Source of the DNA: Haliotis rufescens
Lineage: Eukaryota
Length of the DNA stretch: 64,000 bases
Assembly (NCBI RefSeq): GCF_023055435.1
Contig: NW_025963802.1
Coordinates: 3,348,001 to 3,412,000 of the forward strand
Direction: 5' to 3'
Part shown: positions 50,628 to 63,186 of the stretch, one piece after another
Layout of the letters: each line of letters begins with the position of its first letter
How positions within the stretch are numbered: the stretch's first letter is position 1
Position numbers and translations under genes: made by a program
The notes under the pieces: model-generated
Told to the model about the DNA's origin: nothing
Databases searched by the model: none
What the model saw: the letters and a program-made list of their open reading frames with translations, nothing else

Positions 50628-50950
50628 GACCGCCTCCGTGCTCTAGTGGTTGAGTGTCTGCCCCGAGAGCGGAAGGTCCGGTGTTCTATCCCCAGACGCG
50701 TCATACCAAAAGACGTTAAAACATGGTACTTGTTGTTACCCTGCCTGGCGCTGGGCATTAGTGGATAAAAAAGGATTGGTCGGCTTGGAGTCAGTATACT
50801 GTGACTGTGTGGGGTATTCATGGTATCTCAGTTGGCTAGCTCTGTAATATCAGCATTAGTTCGGACTAGCACAGACACACACATAAGCATGGACGCCGCT
50901 ACATAAGTCTAACAATCTTGAACGTGACGTCAAACTCCATTTCACCTCAC
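50628..50950 (+). mobile_element. SINE family B (diverged)
   Basis: gaccgcctccgtgctctagtgg...gtcataccaaaagacgttaaaacatggtacttg. Confidence 0.85.
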
Positions 50951-51103
50951 TACACATGTTAATTTTAAACAAGGCCAGTGTTAGCTCCCTTTTCTTTTGT
51001 GAAAGTTAGGCTGGGCGATTGACGGGATTAATTATTAAAAGGTTTTATAGGTGTTCGGGCAACTAGGCCCATTAACACCTTGCCCACAATAAAGGTTTGC
51101 TAA

Positions 51104-51480
51104 TTACCTAGATAGTTCATAGTGGAGTGAAACTGCCACACGCTTTAATACAAGCAAGAATGACATTCTGAACATCATGGCGAACGATATTTCCAGAACT
51201 GTTAGAGACTCCACCATTGCCTTACGCTGATTGACATATTTTTGGCAATGAAGTAAATACTGAGCCGCATTGTCAAGCTGATTACACACTGTACAATGTG
51301 CAGAAATGTCTTTATTAATAACATGGAGATAAGCACCAAGACCACAATGCCCAAGACGAAGTCTGGTTAATAGAACATCCTCTCTCCGATTGTTTCGAGA
51401 TATTTGGAATGTGTTTAAAAAAAGGCTCGATGCCAAAGAGATGACGTCCTTTTAAGGATGATGCCCATCTCTGTTGCCAT
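51104..51480 (-). mobile_element. Non-LTR retrotransposon ORF2 C-terminal remnant (I-group/Nimb-like CCHC region)
   Basis: RREDVLLTRLRLGHCGL..YLH......CTVCNQLDNAAQYLLHC matches the RLRxGH...CxxC...HxLxxC end of ORF2. Confidence 0.75.
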
Positions 51481-51831
51481 TTAGTTTTAACATGGATCTT
51501 ACTGATTGTGCCTAATTCTGCTGGGCGACGGACGGGATTGCTTGATTTTACGAATGCTTCGATTGCGCATCAAACACACAAAAAAAGGTGTCAGAATGTT
51601 TGAGAAGATTACATGGGGGCTTGGATCATGGGGATGAGTAATCGTTGGAAAGATGTAACCAAACTTTTAAAAGAAACTTTATCTATGTCTCAAATAAGTA
51701 TAGAGATATGCGTACATGCGAAATAGATAAATAATTATAAAAATATTTTTAAACATTCCTAACTGTAAAATAATTCACTAAACATGTTGATGTTATTCGG
51801 AAACAGTCATAACAGGGAGCCACCTCCTGTC

Positions 51832-51913
51832 CTAGACTGGTTTACATGCCCTAGAGCGCTTGCGCTCCTCGCCTGGGGCCGCTATAGGAAACGAAGGGCA
51901 GGATACCAGTCTA
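51832..51913. mobile_element. Small TIR element (tagactggt...accagtcta)
   Basis: ctagactggtttacatgccct / agggcaggataccagtctag. No clean TSD. Confidence 0.45.
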
Positions 51914-52468
51914 GCTCTATCCGACCTATTTCTCCACACATCGTTTCGATGCGGTAAAACGTTGACCCATTTCCGGGAAGCTTTCAGTATGTCGAGAGGG
52001 ACGGAGACAGGCCTACAGCATATCGCTATGCGTGAAACGTTGATCCATTTCCTTAAAGCTGGCCTGCCTGTCGAGAGGGTCAGGAACAGGTCCATAGCAT
52101 ATAACTATCGTTTACCCAGTTTCCGTGCAGTGAGATATTAGCACTTTTGGACAGTGTGAATATTTGATGTGTCAGGCTACAGGAGTAAACATATTAAAAA
52201 ATAGGTAGGTAGCTCTGACTGAGAAGTATGGTTCATGGTTAAGAATAACAAATGCACGAAAAACGATGTTGGTTTTAATTTTAACATTATCTGCATGTCT
52301 CTATGTGCAGATCTACTTCATTATAAAAAAGATATTACAACATTGTAACTATTACTTTGAAACGATTAATCATGAAAAAAAACCATTAATAACTTTACCA
52401 CTGTAGATATATCAATGTCAACAGTACCATGTATACCACAAGGATTGTGTCAACTTAATATCCCATGT

Positions 52469-52634
52469 GGGGCGGTCGGGTGGCCTAGTGGTTAAAGCGT
52501 TCGCTCGTCACGCCGAAGACCCTGGTTCGATTCCCGACATGGGTACAATGTGTGAAGCCCATTTGTGGTGTCCCCCGCCGTGATATTGCTGGAATATTGC
52601 CAAAAGCGGCGTAAAACCATACACACTCACTCAC
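52469..52634 (+). mobile_element. SINE family A, full length
   Basis: TSD taatatcccatgt. Confidence 0.92.
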
Positions 52635-53287
52635 TAATATCCCATGTTCCTTGAAAATAATAACAAATCTTTCCGGAAGTCATTGTTGTGGAAACATATT
52701 ACTCGTTTTGTTTTCATAATATGTTTGTTTTCTACTTATATATCACATCCATATTTAAACTGAAATGGGCCACATTCTCCTTCCTGCCACATGCAAATTA
52801 CAATTTGTTTACCTTCTGGGCGACACGTGAGCTTAATGACAGTATAGGTATTTGTATCAATAGGTTTCCTGCAACATGTCTTTGCGCCGTGTTGATCCTC
52901 TGGATCAAAGTTATTTTGTTCTATATATTAGCCATTGTCTCTCGGAGTGTACCGTACACCTGGTCCAACTGTATTTGGTTTTATGTTGTTGATTATAGGA
53001 CGATTTGGGCATTTTCTTCAGTTAAAGTATGAATTAGAAGGAAATTACTTTCTCCTCCCTGTGTGTAGCGGTGATGTAAGTGAGTAGTCCTCCCCGGTAC
53101 GTGGCGTGTAACAGGGGTATTTAACGGGTGTGAAGATTTGTTCATACTCGCTCTTATTGCAAGCACGGTCAGTATATTATTCTCGTCACGAGTATCGACG
53201 CCAAACTTGATACTATTCTTCAGCAATTAGAAACAAAGCCCATTTTGAATAGTGGATTAATGACCGCGTCAAAGCGTTGAGGGAAGA

Positions 53288-53442
53288 GTGAGTGAGTGAG
53301 TGTGGTTTTACACCGCTCTAGCAATATTACAGCAATATCACGGCGGGATACACCAGAAATGGGCTTCACACATTGTACCCATGTGGGGAGTCGAGCCCGT
53401 CTTCTGCGTGACGACCGAACGTTTTAACCACTAAGCTACCCC
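53288..53442 (-). mobile_element. SINE family A inserted near the 5' part of the YR retrotransposon remnant
   Basis: TSD ttgagggaaga. Confidence 0.88.
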
Positions 53443-55215
53443 TTGAGGGAAGAATTCAACCAGACCACTAAAGATATAAGCTGGAAAAGATTATACGTGG
53501 AGTCGGGAGGGCAACAGAGTCCAACACAGATTCAACGAAGAAACGGTAGATTCATTGAATCAAGTTCTGGAAGATATTCAAAATCAACGGTTCGAGGACT
53601 GTGAATCGCACATCATGTTAAAAATTGAAAGGCTCCAGAATCGAAACACAAATTGCAGATTCTTCCGAAGATGGGTGGGAGACGGTCCGGAACTCTGATG
53701 CCAATAAACTTGCGGATGATTCGGACGACAGGAAAATTACGAAGGCCAGTTCGGATATTCCGCCAGAACCGTGCACGTCAAGCACCGTAAGCAAGTAGGT
53801 CAGCCAGGCAATCAGCAACCTTTACCCGTCCCGTGCAAGGTGCTTTCTTCCTGCTTAGTCTGTGCAAAATATTCAACCAATCACCAACCAGCTGTTTCGT
53901 GTCAAAGGTCAGAAGACAGGTGCGTGTTTTATATGTGGAGACCTCAGTCACTGCAGGAGAAACTGTCCCAACAACGTCGGCTCAGAATGTCAAGTTTCGC
54001 AGCCGGGGGTTCATCCCAAGGGAATCAGTTGTTCTCAAGACTTGTTAGTTGAGTCTTTCAGTCATAATAGTTGACTATAATGAGTATGAGCGGGGTACAT
54101 CTGAAATTGTGGTTAGGGGGCGTCTCAAGAGCAGTTTGCAATTCTGGATAAACATTGGTTCTTCACATTTTGTTGTAGACTTGATTGCTAATGGGTATAA
54201 AGTCCCATTTATTTTTCAACCACATATGTTTGTAAAACATAACCAATCTGCTTTCAAACACAAAGACTTTGTTACAAAGGCTATTGATGAGCTAGAAAAG
54301 AAAAGTCTGATATGCGAGTGTGATACACCTTCTACGATGGGATTCAATGTTTATTCCACAAGTTAAAGGTGTAGATATTTGAAAAGTTCCAGAGGGTCAT
54401 ATATAGCTAGTAGGATTCCAGGAGGGGTGTTTGGTGAAGCAGATTTACTATTTAACATGCTTGCTTTTCTTGTCGATTATCGTGGACAGACGTTTTCAAT
54501 GTAGCAGATGTGTTCCAGTGTACAGATAAAAATTATAGAGTGAGTATGGTTTTACGCCGCTTTCGGCAATATTCCAGCAACATCACGGCGGGGGAACACC
54601 AGAAATGGGCTTCACACATTGTACCCATGTGGGGAATCGAACCCGGGTCTTCGGCGTGACGAGTGAACGCTTTAACCACCAGGCTACCCCACCGCCCCAG
54701 ATAGAATTTAACGGAGCTTGATCATGTTCCTGTTCGTCAGTTGGCTTGTCAGAGTCGAGTGCCAAGTCCACTATCAGGAAATTTGAAAATTTAAATAATA
54801 TGCCTGATGAATTACCAATTCGCACCAGCTGTCTATCTTTTATCTTCTCAACTGATTCATATTTCTCATCCTGATATAATATTTTATGAATCACACATGT
54901 TGTTTTAGGACTAAAACAGATGCACATAGACGGGGCGTGGCTTGTTATCAGTAGAACCAGAGATGTATATAGATATGTACGGCTTTGCTTAACTCACTCG
55001 AAATTGTGTCCAGTTGATTGTTTGGAAAGATACCTAAGATATGCATGTATCCGGCAGACAGTGATCAGTACATGTTCAGAAACCTCAACAAATGTTCGTC
55101 TGGTTATGAGAAAAGGCAACAAGTCTGTCTAACAATGGCCTAAGGGAGCTTTCCTTGGAACGGATTATCTCCCTTTGGGACGAACATTAAAACATGGCCT
55201 GCACTGTCTATGGTA
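53443..55215 (+). mobile_element. Decayed DIRS/Ngaro-type tyrosine-recombinase retrotransposon (gag, zinc knuckle, RT start, YR fragments)
   Basis: In order: WSREGNRVQHRFNEE, IADSSEDGWETV...LADDSDDRKI, zinc knuckle CFICGDLSHCRRNC, VRGRLK...FW..IG....V...I..GYKVPF (RT N-terminus), DGAWLVISRT...LCPVDCLERYL and HGLHCL (YR). Frameshifted, most of RT/RNase H missing. Confidence 0.8.
54538..54698 (-). mobile_element. SINE family A inserted in the YR retrotransposon
   Basis: Full-length reverse-complement match to the 49307 copy. Confidence 0.9.
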
Positions 55216-55779
55216 GCTGACGTTTGAGATTTGAATTGAATACCGTGTGCGAAATACGCATAATGTCGGAAAGCGCACGTTAAATCTCCAATAGTAAATA
55301 AGTAATGAATTGTTCATTCGCGGTGCAAGTGCAGTCACGGCCAGTATATTTATTTCTAATTCTTTAATGTGCGAAACATTGCATTTTCAGTTTTGTAACC
55401 TTTGTATGTTTCAGATTCGTGACAGTGGAGACATCTGTTGTAATTTCGGCTGCAGAGCGGCTGTAATACAAATGTAAGCTGCTGTATGTGCAGTCACACG
55501 ATGGTGTCCTGGACTGAAGAGCCGTTATTATACAGGGAGCGTTTATGCCCTAACACAATATGTACAGTTTTTGTGTGTTTTATGGTCTGTACAATGTGAT
55601 TACTGTGGGTGTGTTTATAGGCTAGCGGCCATTATAACACACCATGACGTGATTAAGTGATGCAGCTATATATATCACACTTATTAAGTCTGTTAACTGT
55701 GTGCGTGTGGGCTACCGAGCCAATATTATAATATTTAAATGTTCTGTACATGTACATATATAGATTGATGAATATATCA

Positions 55780-56136
55780 GGTGGCCCAGTCGTCTAAGGC
55801 GCCGCGATTCGCTGTGCAGAGTTGCGTCCCCTAGACACGCCAGAAACCTATGATTGTGGGTTCGAATCCCGGTTCACCCCGATTATGTTTCTAGGTTTGT
55901 CAGCACCATACCCGTGCTCGTGGGTTTCACCGAAGTGGTAAACGGCTAAGACCTGCATCACTTTGGGCTTTTCTCCCACATTAAGCTGACATGCTGTGAT
56001 ATGACTGGAATACTGTTAAAAACGGCGTACAAGTCAGGACAAGTACAAGCGGACATAAACACACACACACGAGCATGCACGTCGCAACAAAGTGCAACAA
56101 CTTTGAACACGACGCTAAACCCCATTTCACCTCACC
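55780..56136 (+). mobile_element. SINE family D joined directly to the 3' end of SINE family B
   Basis: D sequence to ...aaaaacggcgt (56028), then gtcaggacaagtacaagc...gcacgtcgc...tttcacctcacct. Confidence 0.8.
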
Positions 56137-56260
56137 TATTAATTTTTGTTCTGTTTTGTTTAAAGTTCGTTTGACTGGGAGACGGACGGGATTACTTGAT
56201 TTTATGAATGCTTCGATTGCGCATCCAACACAGAATGTGTCGGTATCCACCTGTCCAGTT

Positions 56261-56329
56261 TATCTTCTCGAGACAAGGGAGTTAACTGACTACAAAAGTC
56301 AAGTCAGTTTGCTCCTTTGCTTCGGGTAG
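56261..56329. mobile_element. Family E TIR-only remnant
   Basis: atcttctcgagacaagggagttaactgact...agtcagtttgctcctttgcttcggg. Confidence 0.6.
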
Positions 56330-56544
56330 CCGGCACAGACATAAAAATGCCTTTTTGTTCAGTAGGACAGATATTTTATTTCGAGTACGAGTAGGTTATT
56401 CTGTATTAACATTGTCATTTAAAGACAAATAATGAAGAAAAACGAAGGAAATTTCACTGGTGTTAGCTAATTGTTCAGATGACGTATAATGGTATCAATT
56501 TGTGACGTCATGAACAATGAAGATTAAACAACCACATTTGCATG

Positions 56545-56642
56545 TCTTTCCCAGGCAAGGGCGTGAGCTGAATATGAAAGTCCCGTTTCCACGTGGAAAC
56601 GGGACTTTCAAAGTCAGTTAACGCCTTTGCCTCAGGAAGATG
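56545..56642. mobile_element. Family E TIR-only hairpin
   Basis: gaaagtcccgtttccacgtggaaacgggactttc centre, ending gcctcaggaagatg. Confidence 0.7.
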
Positions 56643-56725
56643 TGACATGTCATGTAATATTATATAGAACAAGAGAAAAAAACGCGGCTGGTTTTGTAAA
56701 AGTTGAAAAAAACCTATCGAGCGGT

Positions 56726-56841
56726 AGTTGGTTAGTTGGTTGGTTTGTTGTTTTACGCCGCACTCAGCAATAGTCCAGCTATATGACGGCGGTCTGTAAA
56801 TAATCGAGTCTTGACCAGACAATCCAGTGATTAATATCATG
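56726..56841 (-). mobile_element. Short retroposon family C, 3' fragment
   Basis: (ggtt)n + ttttacgccgcactcagcaatagtccagctatatgacggcggtctg. Confidence 0.85.
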
Positions 56842-58802
56842 TGCTGAGGCTAGGTAGGCCTCGTGCCCTCGCAAAATTGTTTCGAAATTTATATCTCCAA
56901 AGTTGCCATAACTTATAAAATGCCTTTGCTACGTCACAGTTAGACACTGATTTTCTGTATATTAGACTGTTCTTTTGATAATGATACCAATTATCCCTGT
57001 AGTTTATCCAGATTCCCGATGGTTAATTCTGACTCGATCCTTGAATGACGAGGGCGACGCAATGTTTGTTTATAAACAGTGAAAGTAGTCCCTACTTGAC
57101 CTTTGATATTTGCATCTCTATCCCCATACGAACCCAACGGATATCGTTTTTATCCGTTGGCTTTATCCTGCCGAGAAACGTATCCATTATATGATAAATT
57201 GCTATCTGGATATCAATTTTAGCCCGCAAGAACAGAAACTAAGTGATGTAAACACGTGGCTCGTCTCTCTACTAAACATATTATAACCACCTTGACCCCA
57301 ACCCCACCACACACACACACAGACACAGACACACACACACACACACACACAATTCCATCCTCATCCCATTCTCAGCTCTATGACTTACAACTCATCTCCT
57401 TTTCAGCTCTGTCTGAAAGTACCAGTGACTTAGCTTCTAAATAGCACAATAAAACCCCAATTACTTTGAAATCATTTAATATGATTATGCGTTCTTCATT
57501 CTGTCGTTTTGGTATAGCTTACATGATCTTTTGGTTAATTTACTGGTTGACGAAATCTGATTACACTCAATTCTTAGTTCTTGCTTCCACTGAACAAAGA
57601 TCTATGTTTAACTAACGCAAGCGAAACCTAACATATGATTTTAATGAGATTGCATGTTGACGCGGCTACTAACTACTACTATGAAAATTGTCGTTGGCTC
57701 GATATTGTTGTCTGCTTGTTGGTGTAGGTTTTGAGGCTTAATTAATACATGAAGGTCCATTTATGGAATTAATTTTACTTATTGCTTTTGTACATATAGC
57801 TTTTAGTTCGGGGATTACAGGAACGAAGGAAAAAGTACATATCCAATTTCCTTTGTAGTTGCAGCACAATAATCTACCCCCAACAACCAACACAACAATC
57901 CACAACCAACCATCCTGATCGGTGAGGTCACTAAAATCCACATACAGGCCCACTCAGTGAGCAGAGGCGCAATCTGGAGCCCGATATATGTGAAAGTGAG
58001 CGCAGTCCGATGGTGAGGGCGGATTGAACGTCGGCAGATGCACGGGGGTTACGAACCTAACGGCGATCTTATCTTGCTGCGAGAAATACGCCGTAATTTC
58101 GGATCCGCACGGAGCACGCGTGGCGTCAGCGAGGTGACCGGTGTTAACCGCCCGTCTCCGACCGTTAAGCTGATATTAGGTAGTGGTTGTACACTTTTAC
58201 CAACATAGCGAACAATTTTCGGATCTCTACCGAGTTTCGGATCTGTACGGACTAAGCTCGCTGGGAGCGGTAACTTCGGATCCTTTCAGATTAATCTCAC
58301 GCACGTCAGTTGTCGGAACTGAAGACAAAGGACCGCGTGTTCCCGCTACCTCAACGTGACGAAATTGCCCCGCATCGTCCATGCGCTCGCAGACCTTGCG
58401 GCTTCTGCTGGTCTCAGCAGTTGCCCGGATATATAGATAGTAGAAGCCCTGCACATTCTATGAGCCAATGTAATTCAGTGCATATTAATCCCAAACTGTT
58501 TGACCATGTACATCATATACAAAATGTGCTTTCGATAATTATATAGATTCTAAAGGGTCACATAAATATTATCGATTCATGTAGCATGCAGATTACTTAC
58601 TATAAATGGCTTACGATGTAGATCTAAACACCAATTAATGTTAACACATGTTCCCCATGTTGCAATAAGGGCTAAAACTTTATATAAACCATTATATTAT
58701 TAATAAATACATAAAATGAAAATTATATACCTGAATACTTCCTAGGACTGAAAAAAAGAAAGTTGTACGAATGTAAACTCTAATTTCTTCTACACTGTCA
58801 GG

Positions 58803-58897
58803 GCCCGGATAGCTCAGTCGGTAGAGCATCAGACTTTTAAGCGGTCTGTGACATCAGAGTGATCTGAGGGTCCAGGGTTCGAGTCCCTGTTCGGGCG
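58803..58897 (+). tRNA. tRNA-Lys-TTT: tRNA-Lys(UUU) with a 22-nt intron at canonical position 37/38 (58840-58861)
   Basis: Removing 58840-58861 gives GCCCGGATAGCTCAGTCGGTAGAGCATCAGACTTTTAATCTGAGGGTCCAGGGTTCGAGTCCCTGTTCGGGCG, the conserved 73-nt animal tRNA-Lys(UUU) with intact stems. Confidence 0.95.
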
Positions 58898-58904
58898 GCC
58901 TATC

Positions 58905-58912
58905 TTTTTTTT
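58905..58912 (+). terminator. RNA polymerase III terminator (T8) of the tRNA-Lys gene
   Basis: Oligo-T run 7 nt after the discriminator base. Confidence 0.85.
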
Positions 58913-59392
58913 GTTTTTTAATCTTAATTGTCGAATTGTTTTCACAACATAAATTTATCCACTCACATTAAACAAATTACAATATTTAAAAAATAAATGA
59001 ATTAGGTTTAAATGGAACATTTAAATTATATCAACTGGATTCTGAAGATGTGGATGTCAGCAGTGTTTAAAGTGCCCAACAGTATGATATAGGCTGGTTG
59101 AATTTTGGTCTAGCTTGAACTAATAAACTAAAGGATATTAACTATATTGTGAGTGGGATTTTGATGATGCAATTAACTAATTATCACAGAAAACATGCAA
59201 TAAATATTCCACCTAGAGAACAACAATGCGATATCTCAGTTATACTTATGTGTAGTTACGTCTTTATTGTTCAGGCAAGTGGACAAGAAATCTGGACTGG
59301 TAATTAATTAGGCTGGCTGGTATTTGTCTGAATGTTTTTGCCTCCCTGAAATAAATTGTAACATATTTTTGTCACAAAGAAACTGTTTATGC

Positions 59393-61168
59393 GCATTTGT
59401 CACCTTGAGGTACTTGTACGCCAGTATTCGTCACGATGTGTACACAGGCATTTGTCACCTTGAAGTATTTGTACGCCAGTATTCGTCACGATGTGTACAC
59501 AGGCATTTGTCACCTTGAAGTATTTGTACGCCAGTATTCGTCACGATGTGTACACAGGCATTTGTCACCTTGAGGTACTTGTACGCCAGTATTCGTCACG
59601 ACGTGTACACAGGCATTTGTCACCTTGAAGTATTTGTACGCCAGTATTCGTCACGACATGCGTACACAGGCATTTGTCACCTTGAAGTATTTGTACGCCA
59701 GTATTCGTCACGATGTGTACACAGGCATTTGTCACCTTGAGGTATTTGTACGCCAGTATTCGTCACGACGTGTACACAGGCATTTGTCACCTTGAGGTAT
59801 TTGTACGCCAGTATTCTTCACGACATGTGTGTACAGGCATTTGTCACCTTGAGGTATTTGTACGCCAGTATTTGTCACGTGTACACAGGCATTTGTCACC
59901 TTGAAGTATTTGTACGCCAGTATTCGTCACGACATGTGTACACAGGCATTTGTCACCTTGAGCTATTTGTATGCCAGTATTCGTCACGACGTGTACACAG
60001 GCATTTGTCACCTTGAGGTACTTGTACGCCAGTATTCGTCACGACGTGTACACAGGCATTTGTCACCTTGAAGTATTTGTACGCCAGTATTCTTCACGAC
60101 ATGTGTGTACAGGCATTTGTCACCTTGAGGTATTTGTATGCCAGTATTTGTCACGTGTACACAGGCATTTGTCACCTTGAGGTATTTGTACGCCAGTATT
60201 CGTCACGACGTGTACACAGGCATTTGTCACCTTGAGGTATTTGTACGCCAGTATTTGTCACGTGTACACAGGCATTTGTCACCTTGAAGTATTTGTACGC
60301 CAGTATTCGTCACGACATGTGTACACAGGCATTTGTCACCTTGAAGTATTTGTACGCCAGTATTCGTCACGATGTGTACACAGGCATTTGTCACCTTGAG
60401 GTACTTGTACGACAGTATTCGTCACGACGTGTACACAGGCATTTGTCACCTTGAAGTATTTGTACGCCAGTATTCGTCACGACATGCGTACACAGGCATT
60501 TGTCACCTTGAAGTATTTGTACGCCAGTATTCGTCACGATGTGTACACAGGCATTTGTCACCTTGAGGTATTTGTACGCCAGTATTCGTCACGACGTGTA
60601 CACAGGCATTTGTCACCTTGAGGTATTTGTACGCCAGTATTCTTCACGACATGTGTGTACAGGCATTTGTCACCTTGAGGTATTTGTACGCCAGTATTTG
60701 TCACGTGTACACAGGCATTTGTCACCTTGAAGTATTTGTACGCCAGTATTCGTCACGACATGTGTACACAGGCATTTGTCACCTTGAGCTATTTGTATGC
60801 CAGTATTCGTCACGACGTGTACACAGGCATTTGTCACCTTGAGGTACTTGTACGCCAGTATTCGTCACGACGTGTACACAGGCATTTGTCACCTTGAAGT
60901 ATTTGTACGCCAGTATTCTTCACGACATGTGTGTACAGGCATTTGTCACCTTGAGGTATTTGTATGCCAGTATTTGTCACGTGTAGACAGGCATTTGTCA
61001 CCTTGAGGTATTTGTACGCCAGTATTCGTCACGACGTGTACACAGGCATTTGTCACCTTGAGGTATTTGTACGCCAGTATTTGTCACGTGTACACAGGCA
61101 TTTGTCACCTTGAAGTATTTGTACGCCAGTATTCGTCACGACATGTGTACACAGGCATTTGTCACCTG
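59393..61168. repeat. 55-bp minisatellite (52/55/57-bp variants, about 32 units) with an 826-bp higher-order duplication
   Basis: aggcatttgtcaccttgaggtatttgtacgccagtattcgtcacgacgtgtacac. ORF patterns recur at an offset of 826. Confidence 0.95.
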
Positions 61169-61934
61169 GAGATACTTGTGCATGGGTTTTAGTCACATGG
61201 TTCATATAAAACTTAACCCAACAATTTTAAGGCCTTTTAAGGCAATGATCACATTTCATAAGGATAAATATAAAACACAACACTACCTTTGAACAGCTCC
61301 CTTAGGAAATAATACTCATATTTAATTGTGATAAGGACGTAAAAAAAGACCACATTATTAAAATATTTATGTCCACACAACTGTGTTAATTTTATTATCA
61401 ATAGGCTAATTTTGTCATCATGCTTAATTTGAGAAAGAGATATTAAACAGCAGAAAAAATGGTTGCCAAACTCAAGGCATTTTGAAAGCATCCTATCCAA
61501 TTCTGATAGCTTTTATAGTGCTCGCCCATCAACGTACCATGCCGCAGTTTAACATGGATACCCGAGAGAAAATCCTGGTTTAACCATAATGCCAAGCACA
61601 GGCAGGGTAACAACAGATACATCTTTTAACTCTTTTAAGGTTTTGTCAAGGCAAGTCCAAATTTCAGGTCTGTTTCAGGTCTGAAAACAATATTTAATGC
61701 CTTTTCACCTTGAGACGTGTACATTGAGGTTGGCTTCCCACAAACATTGCACGAGATTTCATCTGGAGATATTTATGTGTAAACTTCAGTTGTTGTCCAT
61801 GTGAAGGCTTGTTCTAATAAGGTTAAATATATCAAAACAATATGCAGAATAAACATTTTTGGCCATGGTAAAACATTGCACCACTGGTCACATAAGCTGT
61901 CAAAGTTGACTAAAAGTGCCTCCTTCACCTTATG

Positions 61935-62130
61935 GGGTGAGGTGAAATGGGGTTTGAATTCAAGATTATCGCACTTAAATGGTGATATGCATATACTTGT
62001 ACTAGTCTTAACTAATGTGGTTTTAGTGCTAGCCCACCATGATACCGTGCCTCAGTTGAACATGGACAGTAGACAGATTCCGTGGCAACCAGCCATTGTT
62101 TTCTCTCTTAATTGCTGAGCAACTGGCAGG
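61935..62130 (-). mobile_element. SINE family B, old diverged copy (another fragment at about 61515-61635)
   Basis: ggtgaggtgaaatggggttt...caagattatcgcactt...tagtgctagc...gataccgtgcc. Confidence 0.6.
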
Positions 62131-62652
62131 GTCATGACATGTTCTATTGTGTGCCAGTCTTTCACGTTTGATACAAAATGTGCCATGATCGAAATATCAA
62201 TCATAACCCAATGAATTTGTTAAAGGAAAAATATTGTTTAAAATATATTTAAAGCGGCACATTCTTGATGGCCTGAAGCCCATGTCAAGTCTAGATGGTG
62301 ACAATGTTATTACTGGGGAATATTCTGTATATAAAACTTAGATATTATCTTTGTGTATTAAGAGCATTATTAAATGCCCGATTTAAATGTGATAGACACA
62401 AAGAGTGAAGTTTGATGGACAAAAATAAAATTGTGCCAAACCCTGTCTACCTTTTTAAACAAAGAGCAAGAAAGTATTTCTTTTAACGTAACCTTTATTC
62501 AAGTTCAACAAATTTCATTATGACATATAATTGGGGTACCGACATCATCTGTCGCACAATAAATGCAGAAGTTTCATGCATAATGTCGTCATAATACACA
62601 TCGTTTACAATCTGTAAATACAACAGTAACTTTGTACAAATATACTCCCTCA

Positions 62653-62805
62653 GTGAGTGAGATGGCGTATACACAGCTCTTAAGCACTATTTCAGCAATA
62701 TCAGGGCATGGGACACCAGAAATCAGCACATTGTACCCATGTAGGGAATTGAACCCGGCCTTCGACGTGACAAGCGAACACTTGAACCACGAGGCTAGAC
62801 CACCT
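62653..62805 (-). mobile_element. SINE family A (diverged)
   Basis: gggacaccagaaatc..cacattgtacccatgtagggaattgaacccgg. Confidence 0.75.
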
Positions 62806-63029
62806 TCAGTACTCCCTCAGGCATGGAGGCAATGTCTCGTACAAACTGCAGGAAGCCCTGTAATCACATGAGTTGTCCATGCTTTGAGACAAGTGAATTC
62901 CAATATTAGATAAGTGACAATGAGTTTTCTGCCATAACCATAAAGTTTGTTGTTAAACGCCACACTGGGCAATATTCCAGCTCTATGAAAGCAGTCTGGA
63001 GCAGACAAACCAGTGATTGATATTATGAG

Positions 63030-63186
63030 TGAGTGAGTGAGTATGGTTCTACGCCGCTTTTAGCAATATTCCAGAAATATCACAACAGGGGACACCAGAA
63101 ATGGGCTTCACACATTGTACCCATGTCGGGAATCGAACCCGGGTCTTCCGTATGACAAGCGAACACTTTAACCACTAGGCTACCCG
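63030..63186 (-). mobile_element. SINE family A inserted into a decayed family C copy (about 62945-63265)
   Basis: TSD gattgatattatgag derives from family C sequence (ccagtgattgatat.atgag). Confidence 0.88.
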
